From positions 1-54,930 of the IMG/VR virus record IMGVR_UViG_3300049027_000115: a DNA stretch of 54,930 nucleotides. One strand, 5' to 3'. Below, piece by piece: positions 9,997 to 19,681 of this stretch. Origin of the DNA: a virus. Its lineage: Duplodnaviria; Caudoviricetes. Under the pieces are notes generated by a model. That model was given only the letters and a program-made list of their open reading frames with translations, made no database searches and was not told where the DNA came from. Position 1 is the stretch's first letter, and every line of letters begins with the position of its first letter. The position numbers and the translations under genes were made by a program.

Positions 9997-11078
9997 GGTT
10001 CCTCTGGATCATACACCTGTACCCACCAAAGCACAATTGTGGTAGTGAGCTTATGGCTCACCACATCAACAGGTTTTTATTGAGTAAGGGACACGAGGTG
10101 AGGGTGGTGCTGATGCAGGCTAAGTGGCACAATGTAAAAGTGCCCTATGATCATGAAGGTGTACGGGTAATGGGAGATCCAACTGACAATCTCGATGTAT
10201 ACCGCTGGGCAGACGTATTGCTCACGCACCTGGACTTTACCAGGTTCGCGATCAATATAGCCAGGCTGGTGAAGAGGCCGATTGTGAATTTCATTCACTC
10301 GCATTACACCTACAGCCCGAATCCAATACCTGATGCGAAATCCGATTGCCATGTGGTTTACAACAGTCAGTGGGTGAAAGAACACTTGAATTATGACTGG
10401 CCTTCCATGGTCATGTACCCGCCGTGTGATCCGGCATATTACAATGTGTGTGAAGATTCGTGGAAAAACAAGGCGATTACCATGATCAGCCTCAACGAAA
10501 ACAAAGGCGGCTACATTTTATATCGTGTGGCGAAGGCTATGCCTTACGCGAAGTTCATCGGCGTAACCGGCTCTTATGATGATGGTGGCCTGCAGGATGC
10601 GATAGTGAACAAAATACGGAACGAGTGCCCTAATGTAGAGATAGTTCCGAATACGCCGAATATCCTGGAAGTGTATAAGCAAACCAGAGTACTGCTGATG
10701 CCTTCACGATATGAAAGCTGGGGCCGTACCGCAACAGAGGCTATGTGCAACGGTATACCAGTAATCTGCACGGAGACGAAAGGGCTCCGAGAGAACTGTG
10801 GTGATGCTGGCCTGTACATCCCGGACCGCGGTCCCTGCAAAGCTGACCAGTTTGGGAAGATAGTAGAGCATGACGGTGATGCTTATGATATAGAACCCAT
10901 CCTTCAGCATTTACGAAACCTGGATAACGAGACTTATTACAGAAAGGTAAGCGTGAAGTGTGGGGAAAGGGCCGAAGAGCTCAACCCCACAAACCAGATG
11001 CAACAACTTGAAAACTTTTTGGCGAATGCAAAACGATATCGTGGATATAAAGAGAAGGCAGGCCACCTCCATCACTGA
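9993..11078 (+). CDS. GT4-family (GT-B) glycosyltransferase
   Basis: N-terminal YPPKHNCGSE..GHEV; C-terminal PSRYESWGRTATEAMCNGIPVI (EX7E motif). Confidence 0.9.
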   Translation: MRFLWIIHLYPPKHNCGSELMAHHINRFLLSKGHEVRVVLMQAKWHNVKVPYDHEGVRVMGDPTDNLDVYRWADVLLTHLDFTRFAINIARLVKRPIVNFIHSHYTYSPNPIPDAKSDCHVVYNSQWVKEHLNYDWPSMVMYPPCDPAYYNVCEDSWKNKAITMISLNENKGGYILYRVAKAMPYAKFIGVTGSYDDGGLQDAIVNKIRNECPNVEIVPNTPNILEVYKQTRVLLMPSRYESWGRTATEAMCNGIPVICTETKGLRENCGDAGLYIPDRGPCKADQFGKIVEHDGDAYDIEPILQHLRNLDNETYYRKVSVKCGERAEELNPTNQMQQLENFLANAKRYRGYKEKAGHLHH

Positions 11079-11622
11079 GCCGGTAACCCTGGCAATTGTG
11101 AAGGAATGGCTGATCATCGATCATAACGATGATGATGCTTTATTGACGCGCCTTATACCACAGGTTCGTGCAGCCATTGAAAATAAAACAAAACTGTCCC
11201 TGGTTGAGCGGGAAGTGGTAGTTACTGTTCGTCTTCATGGAGAATTCAAACTCCCCTACGGGCCGGTGAGGTCTATTACATCTGTGGTTTATAGCCCGGA
11301 TGCAGATCCGGAAACATTGACCACCGATGATTATAAGCTAAATGGCCAGGATCAAAAAGTTATTCGGATAAACAAGTGTGGCATGTCTCAGATCACCTAC
11401 TCCGCGGGTTATGGAGTGGTCGTTTCACCTGAATACAACAATCCAATACCCGAAGACCTGATGAATGGAATTCTTCAGGAAATCGCCTACCGATACGAAC
11501 ACAGAGGTGACGAAACAAACACGAAAAGCAGCGCCGGCAATGATACAGTGAACGCCATTGATGGAATCAGTTCAGGCGCCATGCAATATATAAAACCTTA
11601 CATCGGAATGGCATGGGTGTAA
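11026..11622 (+). CDS. Head-tail connector (gp6/gp15-like)
   Basis: EPVTLAIVKEWL..DDDALL, LPYGPV and YEHRGD motifs; probable start is ATG 11026. Confidence 0.88.
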   Translation: MQNDIVDIKRRQATSITEPVTLAIVKEWLIIDHNDDDALLTRLIPQVRAAIENKTKLSLVEREVVVTVRLHGEFKLPYGPVRSITSVVYSPDADPETLTTDDYKLNGQDQKVIRINKCGMSQITYSAGYGVVVSPEYNNPIPEDLMNGILQEIAYRYEHRGDETNTKSSAGNDTVNAIDGISSGAMQYIKPYIGMAWV

Positions 11623-11960
11623 GATTTACCATAGGCTCTTTGAAAGATAAAGTAACATTCAAAAAGAATGTTCGCGGCTCACTCGGCGCAGGGTCAAAAG
11701 ACGGGTATGTCGAATTTCTTACCACTCGGTGCAGCTTGGAGAAAAAGCGATCTGTGAGGGATAATGATCGAGGCCAGGTGGAGATCGTAACATGGTACTA
11801 TATGCGTTGTCGGTTTCAGGAGGCGCTGATTTCAAACCTGGCTTATTCAGTTATCTGCGAAATCAACGAGGAGACATACACGCTTCATGATTTCGAAGTG
11901 ATAGACCGGAAAAATCATTTGTACGAATTCATGATCAGTAAACCAAAACGGAATGGCTGA
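11613..11960 (+). CDS. Head closure / stopper protein
   Basis: Synteny; IGSLKDKVTF N-terminus; 115 aa. Confidence 0.7.
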   Translation: MGVRFTIGSLKDKVTFKKNVRGSLGAGSKDGYVEFLTTRCSLEKKRSVRDNDRGQVEIVTWYYMRCRFQEALISNLAYSVICEINEETYTLHDFEVIDRKNHLYEFMISKPKRNG

Positions 11961-12549
11961 TGCCTTTGGAAATATCAGGGTTGATGGGATCGAGGAGTTG
12001 CTCAAAGACATTGATTCGTACGATGCAAAAACGAGAGCAGTTATTCATAACGAGATCAAAGCTGCAGTACAAACCGTTGTACGCAATGCGAAGCGGCTGG
12101 CGCCAAAAGATCAGGGCGCACTGGCGGCAGGGATCAACTACCAGGAGGTAAAACAGACACTGTTCAGGTATTTCAGCCAGCAGGAGACAAGTAGTTACAA
12201 AGAATTTGGTACACGTCGGAAGAGAAAGGTTCCTCCTGAAGTATTGAAACTGGGATTTCAATTGCAGGCAACTGGGAAATCAGGTGGCACAGCAGAACAG
12301 GCATTGATATTTATAACAGCTTGGGTTAAACGTCAAGGATTCAGGTTTCAGAGTGCGGGAACGTTTAAGTCAGGGAAAAAGGCAGGACAGAATAAACCAT
12401 TGACACTAGAACAAACAGCTTACCTGGTATTTCGGAAGATTATGATGGTGGGATCGAATCCTCAACCGTATTTCTTCCCGCCATTACTGGCAGAAATACC
12501 GCTACTTGAAAATAGACTTCAAGCCATTGTAAACAACACGAAAATATGA
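11953..12549 (+). CDS. HK97 gp10-like tail completion protein
   Basis: AKRLAPKDQGAL, EFGT and PQPYFFP motifs. Confidence 0.85.
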   Translation: MADAFGNIRVDGIEELLKDIDSYDAKTRAVIHNEIKAAVQTVVRNAKRLAPKDQGALAAGINYQEVKQTLFRYFSQQETSSYKEFGTRRKRKVPPEVLKLGFQLQATGKSGGTAEQALIFITAWVKRQGFRFQSAGTFKSGKKAGQNKPLTLEQTAYLVFRKIMMVGSNPQPYFFPPLLAEIPLLENRLQAIVNNTKI

Positions 12550-12998
12550 ACCGAGAGAAGGCGATAAGGATGGGACACTATGAAGCGATCAAAGATGCGC
12601 TCACCTACGGCGGAGCTTCTGTTCATGTATATGACAGTGCCACTACTGGCGAAGTGCCAGATGAAAATATATATGTGTTGCTTACTTCACAGTCTTCTAC
12701 AAATAGCTCTGACTTTAGGCGGTTTCGCTGGAATGCAGTGCAGGCCTTTGAGATCGTGAGTAAGCAGTTAGGGTCCGTGAGTAAAGATATTGTGGATGAT
12801 ATCAGTGAACAGATTGAAGCGATTCTTATGTACGTGGACAATCAGCCCGGTAATGGCGGCATGATCACGCAGCCAGGTTGGGAGTTTCAAGATGTAATCC
12901 TTGAATCAGCGAATTACATCGATTTTGAAATAAGCCAAAACTTTTACGAGATAACCAAAGTATTGCAGATATCCTGCATAGCAACAAAAATCAGTTAA
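12546..12998 (+). CDS. Tail terminator protein (putative)
   Basis: Lies before the tail tube gene; VYD..YVLL pattern. Confidence 0.65.
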   Translation: MNREKAIRMGHYEAIKDALTYGGASVHVYDSATTGEVPDENIYVLLTSQSSTNSSDFRRFRWNAVQAFEIVSKQLGSVSKDIVDDISEQIEAILMYVDNQPGNGGMITQPGWEFQDVILESANYIDFEISQNFYEITKVLQISCIATKIS

Positions 12999-13016
12999 CA
13001 ATTAAAACGCAATAAA

Positions 13017-13451
13017 ATGCCCGGAATTACTATTAATGCGAAAGACATGCCTATTGAGCTGTCATTTGATAACGGTGTAACCTGGAAGGCACTCGTTTGC
13101 TTGAAAGATATCAGTGTCCCCTTAAACGCACCTGTTACTGCAGAGGACACTTACTGTGGTAAGAAGGTCGGTGTAGGCGATGTTGAGTTCAACCCCTCAG
13201 GAAACGCTGTATGTGAAGTGACCCCGGCAGTAAATGAAGTTTCAGCTGATGAGCTGGTGCAAAAAATGGTTGCCGGCACATCCTTCCTGTGGCGCATCCA
13301 GAATCCAACGGTTGGATCAGTTGGCGTAGGCTTGTACTATTCCGGCAGCTGTAAAGCAACCAATGTGACCATTACGGGCACCGCAAATGGATTGGTAAGC
13401 TTTTCATTTACGCTGACCGGGGAAGGCATATTGACAACCGTTAAACCGTAA
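13017..13451 (+). CDS. Tail tube (major tail) protein
   Basis: 144 aa, beta-rich, ends VSFSFTLTGEG; upstream of the chaperones. Confidence 0.8.
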   Translation: MPGITINAKDMPIELSFDNGVTWKALVCLKDISVPLNAPVTAEDTYCGKKVGVGDVEFNPSGNAVCEVTPAVNEVSADELVQKMVAGTSFLWRIQNPTVGSVGVGLYYSGSCKATNVTITGTANGLVSFSFTLTGEGILTTVKP

Positions 13452-13453
13452 GG

Positions 13454-13906
13454 ATGAACAACACAGGAAGATGCTCCATTCAGTTGAATGGAGAGCAGAT
13501 TGATTTATTGTTCGGCATGCCGGCAGTAGAATATATCGCGAAAAAGGTTGAAGAAGGCAGCATGGTACTGGATGATGATGGTAACACCATCGGCAATTCC
13601 AGCATTGCCTTCCTGATTCATGCTGGGTACTGGAACCATTGTATAGCTAACGGTTTGACACCCAAAAAAAAGATAGCTGATTTCTTTGATGCGGTTGAAG
13701 ATATGGTGGACACAGAAGAAGGCCAGCGTGATCTTGTCATTGTTGCAGAAACTTACAGGGATAGCAAAAGCACCAAAAAGCAGTTGGACCGCATTCAAAA
13801 ACAGGTAGAGGAGATAAAAAAAAAGACAGAAGAATTGAGTGGGAAGAAATCGAATCCTTCTGTTATGGAGAACTCGGACTCACCAGTGAGCAGTACTACC
13901 GATTGA
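13454..13906 (+). CDS. Tail assembly chaperone (G-like)
   Basis: Between tail tube and tape measure; contains the slippery site. Confidence 0.8.
   Translation: MNNTGRCSIQLNGEQIDLLFGMPAVEYIAKKVEEGSMVLDDDGNTIGNSSIAFLIHAGYWNHCIANGLTPKKKIADFFDAVEDMVDTEEGQRDLVIVAETYRDSKSTKKQLDRIQKQVEEIKKKTEELSGKKSNPSVMENSDSPVSSTTD
13819..13825 (+). other. -1 programmed ribosomal frameshift site A AAA AAG
   Basis: Codons ATA AAA AAA AAG; the -1 frame is open from 13825 into ORF 13903-14178. Confidence 0.85.
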
Positions 13907-14178
13907 CATACCGAGAATACCTGCTGAAAGCGGAAGGGCATAATCGGCAACAAAGCGCAATCAATAACCGCTTCCGGATGCAGGTATACTTATCGGTTAA
14001 GCCCTATTTGAAAGACCAGGATCTGACTGTATATGATTTCATGCCGTTACCGGATGATCCAACCCTGGAAGAGATCGAGAAAGCGGAGAGTGAAAGGCTT
14101 GAAGAGGCGGGAGCAGAAGCCAGGAAAGTAAGAGACCAGATTCTTTCAAAACACAAACAAAGAAATGGCGGGATTTAG
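13825..14178 (+). CDS. Tail assembly chaperone frameshift extension (T part of GT)
   Basis: -1 frame reads DRRIEWEEIESFCYGELGLTSEQYYRLTYREYLLKAEG...; the track ORF has only a TTG start. Confidence 0.8.
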   Translation, partial: DRRIEWEEIESFCYGELGLTSEQYYRLTYREYLLKAEGHNRQQSAINNRFRMQVYLSVKPYLKDQDLTVYDFMPLPDDPTLEEIEKAESERLEEAGAEARKVRDQILSKHKQRNGGI

Positions 14179-16261
14179 TGTAAATATCGGAGCAAATACT
14201 GCAATGTTCACGAAGACATTGGGAGACCTGCTTCGCCAATTAAGGTCATTTAAGAGTGGGTTAGAATCTGCAACGTCTCCTGATAGTATTGGTAGATTGA
14301 ATAGAGCAATTGAAGCCACAAAACAACGTATTGATGGACTCAGGGGATTTAGCGGATCTGGTTTACAAAATATTGCTGGCGGCGCGAATTCAGCTGCTCT
14401 TGCGCTTACAAATGTGGGTAGGGTAGCCCAGGATCTTCCCTTTGGTTTTATTGGAATTCAGAATAACCTGAATCCATTATTAGAATCGTTTCAACGATTG
14501 AAAGCAGAAACCGGCAGCAGTAAACTTGCATTGCAGGCTCTGGGAAATTCTTTGATAGGAGCCGGTGGAATTGGACTGGCGCTCTCTGTAGTATCATCTG
14601 CATTTGTGATTTGGCAAAATGGAATTGCCGGTTTCAATAAAAAAACTAAGGAAGCAAAAGAGGCAGCAGATGAACTGAAGAAAGTTATTCGTGATCTTGA
14701 TATCGTTCGCGGAGAGGCAGCTGCAAGCACACAGGGGCAAATCGCAACTGTAAATGCGCTCACTGCAGCCGTTCTCGATGAAACCCGATCACAAAAGGAA
14801 AGGAAAAGCGCACTGGACCAGTTGAAAGAAACAAACAAGAGTTATTTTGGTGATCTAACACTCGAAGCCAGTCAGCTTGCAACACTAAAAACAAGAGTTG
14901 ATGAATATACCCAGGCAATCATTAGACAGGCTGTTGTTAAAGGATTCGAGGAAGATATCGTAAATGTAAAGAAGGCGCAAGTCACTGCCGACAAAGATGT
15001 TGCAGCAGCCAGGTTAAATGTTGCCGATGCGCAAACAAAAGTAAACATAGCAAATCGTGAAGCACTTTCGTCTATTGGTGGCCGTGAAGGCGTTAGTAGA
15101 ACCAGGGAGCAGGCAAACGCTACCGACGATTTGAATGATGCTACAATCAAACTGCGGCAGGCTAATGAGAAGTCAACAAAGCTAAGGGAGCAGGAGTTGA
15201 TACTCACAACCCAAATTAACAAAGCTGTACTGGATGGACTTAATCTGAAAAGCCTTTCCGCCCCAGGTGGCAGCGGAGAGAAAGAAGATCCCGTGTTAAA
15301 GGCACTGAAGAAAGAACTGTCTGGTTACCAAAAGCAATTGGAAACAACGAACAAACTTCGCGAAGCCGGACTGTTACCACTCTTCCGTGAGAACGATGCA
15401 TTAGAACTCCAATTAAAAATACTGAACACTCTCAATGCGATTGACGCAAGAGAGGTGGTTATTAAAGCAAAACCTAAACTCGAAATTGATCCCACGCTTA
15501 ATGAACTGGAAATTACAAATGCATTTAAGGAATTTGGGGAAAGATCTAAACATCGCCCAATCTCGATTCCAATTTTCATAGCGCCCAAAGTGAAAATAGA
15601 TGTAGCAGGCGCCACCGGTAGTGAAGTGGCAGATGAGTCCGACTTCAATTCTCTCGTTAATGATGTTGTAAAGAAGGGAAATAAAAGCTTTTTTGAGATG
15701 AAAGAAAAACTAGAGAAAGCGCTAGGTGAATCAATTGCACAAATAAAATTTGACGGAAAAGTAGATGTTTTTGCAAGTATCGGCGAATCGTTTGGCGAAG
15801 CAATTGCCACAGCTGACTTTGGCGGTGGACTCAAGAAAGCCGCACAAAGCATATTCGGGATTATTGGAAGTGTCATGCAGCAAATTGGAAGGCAAATTAT
15901 TACCGCTGCGCTGGCCATCAAAGCACTGAAAAAGACAGTTGAAAGTTTTCTGATTGCCAATCCTGCTTTAGCAGTGATAGCAGGTATTGGTCTTGTAGCT
16001 GCGGGAGCTGTATTAAAAAATGTCAAATTCGATGGACCAAAGTTTGCAAACGGCGGCATTGTAACTGGTCCAGTGATTGGGCAAGTGGGAGAGATGCACC
16101 GACCTGAAGTTATTCTCCCTCTGGATCGCTTACCACAGATGCTGGCACAATATAATAATGGTGGCGGAGGCGGTGGAATCCAGCTTATTCCAATAGTGAA
16201 CAATGATGGGCTTTACCTGGCAGTGAAAAAAGGCGAGAGGAGCGTCGGAAGAAAATTCTAA
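14165..16261 (+). CDS. Tape measure protein
   Basis: 698 aa, Ala/Lys-rich and helical; QDLPFGFIGIQNNL; C-terminal FANGGIVTGP..GE..PEVILPL. Confidence 0.9.
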   Translation: MAGFSVNIGANTAMFTKTLGDLLRQLRSFKSGLESATSPDSIGRLNRAIEATKQRIDGLRGFSGSGLQNIAGGANSAALALTNVGRVAQDLPFGFIGIQNNLNPLLESFQRLKAETGSSKLALQALGNSLIGAGGIGLALSVVSSAFVIWQNGIAGFNKKTKEAKEAADELKKVIRDLDIVRGEAAASTQGQIATVNALTAAVLDETRSQKERKSALDQLKETNKSYFGDLTLEASQLATLKTRVDEYTQAIIRQAVVKGFEEDIVNVKKAQVTADKDVAAARLNVADAQTKVNIANREALSSIGGREGVSRTREQANATDDLNDATIKLRQANEKSTKLREQELILTTQINKAVLDGLNLKSLSAPGGSGEKEDPVLKALKKELSGYQKQLETTNKLREAGLLPLFRENDALELQLKILNTLNAIDAREVVIKAKPKLEIDPTLNELEITNAFKEFGERSKHRPISIPIFIAPKVKIDVAGATGSEVADESDFNSLVNDVVKKGNKSFFEMKEKLEKALGESIAQIKFDGKVDVFASIGESFGEAIATADFGGGLKKAAQSIFGIIGSVMQQIGRQIITAALAIKALKKTVESFLIANPALAVIAGIGLVAAGAVLKNVKFDGPKFANGGIVTGPVIGQVGEMHRPEVILPLDRLPQMLAQYNNGGGGGGIQLIPIVNNDGLYLAVKKGERSVGRKF

Positions 16262-18288
16262 TGGCGTATTTCCTTCACCATATCGTCGGATTCAAAAATC
16301 CTTTGAATGAAGATCTTTATATTGAGTTATACAAAAAGGACGTAGAGCCAGAAGCAGTGACTCCATTGTTAGCTATCAATTTCAAAATGTCCTATCCGAA
16401 TGGGGGCAAGTTTGATGGTAGTATCTGGGCCAGCGAAATCCAGCTGACTATCATGCTAGATACAACTGATGAGAAAACCTTCGATGACTTCATTGTTACC
16501 TTTGATGATGAATGGAAAGTAATCGCAAAAGATGATGACCAGGCAATCTTTACTGGATTTTTAACTCCCGGTCTTGGTCGCGCCGAGTTCCAGGATAAAC
16601 CATACGATATTACACTTCTGGCGGTTGATGGAATAGGATTGCTGAAAGGGGTTCCGTTGACAAAGCCTGATGGAAGTGTTTTTACCGGCATTAATCTGAT
16701 AAAAGATTATGTATCGGCCATTCTCGCCAAAACAGGGTTAGATCTCGATTGGCGGTTATACAGCAACGTTGTAGAATCATCAATGCAAGATCGTACACAA
16801 GACCCGCTAAAAGATACATTCAATCAGACAGGAATACATTGCCGGACGTTTCTGAAAGATCCTACAGAGTTCTATGATTGTTACACATGCCTTCAGCGAA
16901 TCTTTGGAGAATATTTTACGCTTTATCAGTGGAACGGAAAATGGGTTATACTCAGGATCGGGGAAGTGCAGGACAGCATAGGTATGAAGATATGGTATAC
17001 TGAATACAATAGTGCCGGAACCGTATTGTCTTCAAATCAACAATTGGATAACCCTGGGGCAATAGGCAGAGACAGGCTGATTCATCCGGTCGAAGTAGGG
17101 CAGTTTATCAGCTCGGATTTTGCCATAAAGTCCTGCCGTTATCAATACAACTACAGCCCATGGCCTGAAATCCCTGGTAACAGCACATTCGATCAGGGAA
17201 CAGAATTTAGAAGCGGTACCAACCCCGATGGCACAACGTATAAAGATTTTACCACTCCTAGTTGGACATACGGTGCAAAGTTCACCAGTAACTTACCAAA
17301 TCTAAATCCCACGTCTGATATAGCTTATCGCCGTTCTATATATGATGCCTATAACGTGGAAAAAGAGCGAAGAATTGTATTGGAACATTTGACAAGCGGT
17401 GAAAAAATTCTTCAAGCAGAACCATTCTTTATTAATATCGGAGACAAAATAAATATTGACTTTGATATAATGTATTTGAATGGTGGATCAGGTACTCGTA
17501 ATGCCGTGTATGCCTACATCGTCCAGGACGGAACAGGAACAAAATGGTTTTTGAGGCAGGCATACAGCGGCAGCATTCAGTTAAAACCTTATTGGGAGGC
17601 AAACATTGGAAATTCCATTCAACAGCAAAGTGACAACTTCGCTGAATGGAGCTCGGGGAGATGTGAAGCTCCTCCTTCTCCAGTTGACGGAACCATTTAC
17701 GTTGCAATGGCTTCAAATATATCCGGTAATACGCCTGTTTTTAGGAATTTCCGTATTGAATTTCTGCCTTTTATTGCTGGAGGTTACAAGCAATTGAAAG
17801 GGGACTACGCAGAGACAGCGCAGAATATCAATTTCAAAGATATTATTGAGGCTGAGGTGTTCATTTCCGATAGTCCGAGAAAAGTTTTTCAAGGATCACT
17901 ATACCGTTCCAACCTGCAGGACCTCACAACGCCTACCTGGCACCGCTATGGGAAAGCGGAATTAAGGCATTTTAAGGAGATCGGAGAGATTGCCAGGTAC
18001 AACTTTACATACAGAAGAATGTTTAGCGTGGAGGGTCCATTTGATGGTCTGAAATATACTCCTGTTGATAACGGTCTCGTAATTGAGCCTCTTAGTTTTC
18101 ACCGACACTACACTTTCCCTGATCACCCATTATTAAATGGTAGATACTTCGCGCTTGTTCCGCCATTGAACATTGATTACTCTGAAGGGCGGGCAGAAAT
18201 GAACATTGTAGAAGTTATCCTGGAAGGCGCCGGTGATGGAGATCAGTTGGGCGATACGCATATACCACTTAAATACTTATTCGTGTGA
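16261..18288 (+). CDS. Tail tip / baseplate hub protein (putative)
   Basis: Follows the tape measure gene; AVDGIGLLK motif; beta-rich. Confidence 0.65.
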   Translation: MAYFLHHIVGFKNPLNEDLYIELYKKDVEPEAVTPLLAINFKMSYPNGGKFDGSIWASEIQLTIMLDTTDEKTFDDFIVTFDDEWKVIAKDDDQAIFTGFLTPGLGRAEFQDKPYDITLLAVDGIGLLKGVPLTKPDGSVFTGINLIKDYVSAILAKTGLDLDWRLYSNVVESSMQDRTQDPLKDTFNQTGIHCRTFLKDPTEFYDCYTCLQRIFGEYFTLYQWNGKWVILRIGEVQDSIGMKIWYTEYNSAGTVLSSNQQLDNPGAIGRDRLIHPVEVGQFISSDFAIKSCRYQYNYSPWPEIPGNSTFDQGTEFRSGTNPDGTTYKDFTTPSWTYGAKFTSNLPNLNPTSDIAYRRSIYDAYNVEKERRIVLEHLTSGEKILQAEPFFINIGDKINIDFDIMYLNGGSGTRNAVYAYIVQDGTGTKWFLRQAYSGSIQLKPYWEANIGNSIQQQSDNFAEWSSGRCEAPPSPVDGTIYVAMASNISGNTPVFRNFRIEFLPFIAGGYKQLKGDYAETAQNINFKDIIEAEVFISDSPRKVFQGSLYRSNLQDLTTPTWHRYGKAELRHFKEIGEIARYNFTYRRMFSVEGPFDGLKYTPVDNGLVIEPLSFHRHYTFPDHPLLNGRYFALVPPLNIDYSEGRAEMNIVEVILEGAGDGDQLGDTHIPLKYLFV

Positions 18289-19670
18289 GCAGCGCAAACG
18301 ACATACAAGGACGCAACTGTATCTTTCAGATGAAAGTGGGTGATGAATATTTAGATGTTATGTGTGCGAAAACATGGAGCATCAATTTCACCACTGACAT
18401 GAAAGAGACAACCACAACACAAAGTGGATTTTGGAAGGAGTATCGTCCTCGAAAAATGTCATACACCGCTTCGTTCAACGGAGTGGTGATGATTATTGCT
18501 CCACAGGATAAACCCACGATCAAAAGTCTATTCCAGAATCAGCTGAATTTTTTGCCGGTCAATTACCGGATCATATTTAAAGACAACAGCGATGAATTAA
18601 TGATCATCACTGGACAACTCTTTGTGACAAGTACTGCTTTTGATGCGAACCCTATTAATCTTCTGAATGGCACTATCCAATTTCAAGGCAACGGCCCTGT
18701 CGAAATTACTGATGAAATTCCTGAATTCATTGATCTGACGGTTTCAATAACAACTCTCGATACAGCGACAGGTAAATTCCGGTTTGTGCTGGTGGATGAA
18801 AACAGTGCTATCATTTTCGACACTGCCACGCTGCCGGAAACTGCTGGTTCGGAAGGATGGATGGTGCCTGATCAAGTTATTACAAAACAAGTACTTTCCG
18901 GAAATTACTATTTCGGTTTCACCACGAACAGTATCAATAGTGATGAGAACGTATTCGACCTGAATACCCCAAGCCCGGGCCCTGTACACATGGAATTTGA
19001 TCACGAGAACCAGGAGTATAATAGTAGTCCGGTATTGCACGACTTTACGGCTGCAAGAACCGCGTCACTGAACATAGGAACTGAATTGCCGCCACCGCCT
19101 TGTGTTCCTGTATTCATCATCGGCATTCCAAGCCTACCTGATGGCCAGGTGAATGTTCCATACAATTATACTTTCGAGATAGATGGAACGGCGCCTATTG
19201 GTCTTACAATTAATGAAAGACCAGCATGGATGAATATTGCAATAATCGGTGATGATGTAGTGTTCTCTGGGACGCCTGATACCGATGGCGTAGGAATAGG
19301 TATTTCAATTACACTATCAAATTGTTCCGGTGCAACGACTGATTTTTCGGATTCCATTGATGTAAGTGCAGCCCCAATTGGCCAGCCCACAATTTTCTGG
19401 GAAATGTACAGATCAGGTAGGTTGATAATTAACAGAAATGGCGTGCGAGTTGTTGACGCAACAACTTTTCCTTCACTCGGAAATTTCGCAGCGCTTGCCG
19501 GTGACGTGATTCAACCTTTGCTGCAGGCACCTGGTCGTGATACGTCAGGTTTGACAATAACTGATAGTGTTGATGGGGTGATATATGTTGATACGGGCAT
19601 GACCCCTTTGGGAACCGCTTTCGTTGCAGCATTAGGACACAACTACACCATTGTAGCTTATGATGTTTAA
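18285..19670 (+). CDS. Tail protein: tail-tube-like N-terminal domain plus Ig-like domains
   Basis: N-terminus CAKTWSINFTTDMKETTT..WKEY..GTIQFQGNG resembles tube proteins; LPDGQVNVPY..PAWM..FSGTP is Ig-like. Confidence 0.6.
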   Translation: MSSANDIQGRNCIFQMKVGDEYLDVMCAKTWSINFTTDMKETTTTQSGFWKEYRPRKMSYTASFNGVVMIIAPQDKPTIKSLFQNQLNFLPVNYRIIFKDNSDELMIITGQLFVTSTAFDANPINLLNGTIQFQGNGPVEITDEIPEFIDLTVSITTLDTATGKFRFVLVDENSAIIFDTATLPETAGSEGWMVPDQVITKQVLSGNYYFGFTTNSINSDENVFDLNTPSPGPVHMEFDHENQEYNSSPVLHDFTAARTASLNIGTELPPPPCVPVFIIGIPSLPDGQVNVPYNYTFEIDGTAPIGLTINERPAWMNIAIIGDDVVFSGTPDTDGVGIGISITLSNCSGATTDFSDSIDVSAAPIGQPTIFWEMYRSGRLIINRNGVRVVDATTFPSLGNFAALAGDVIQPLLQAPGRDTSGLTITDSVDGVIYVDTGMTPLGTAFVAALGHNYTIVAYDV

Positions 19671-19681
19671 AAGGTAAAAAG

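Noticed and set aside
6800-11078. DNA hypermodification or classical Gtr serotype-conversion cassette
   Set aside because: No hydroxymethylase or nucleotide-modifying genes and no membrane flippase/transferase; located in the late head operon. Disfavoured rather than excluded
14491-16203. Long minus-strand ORFs (up to 292 aa)
   Set aside because: Antisense shadows of the tape measure gene
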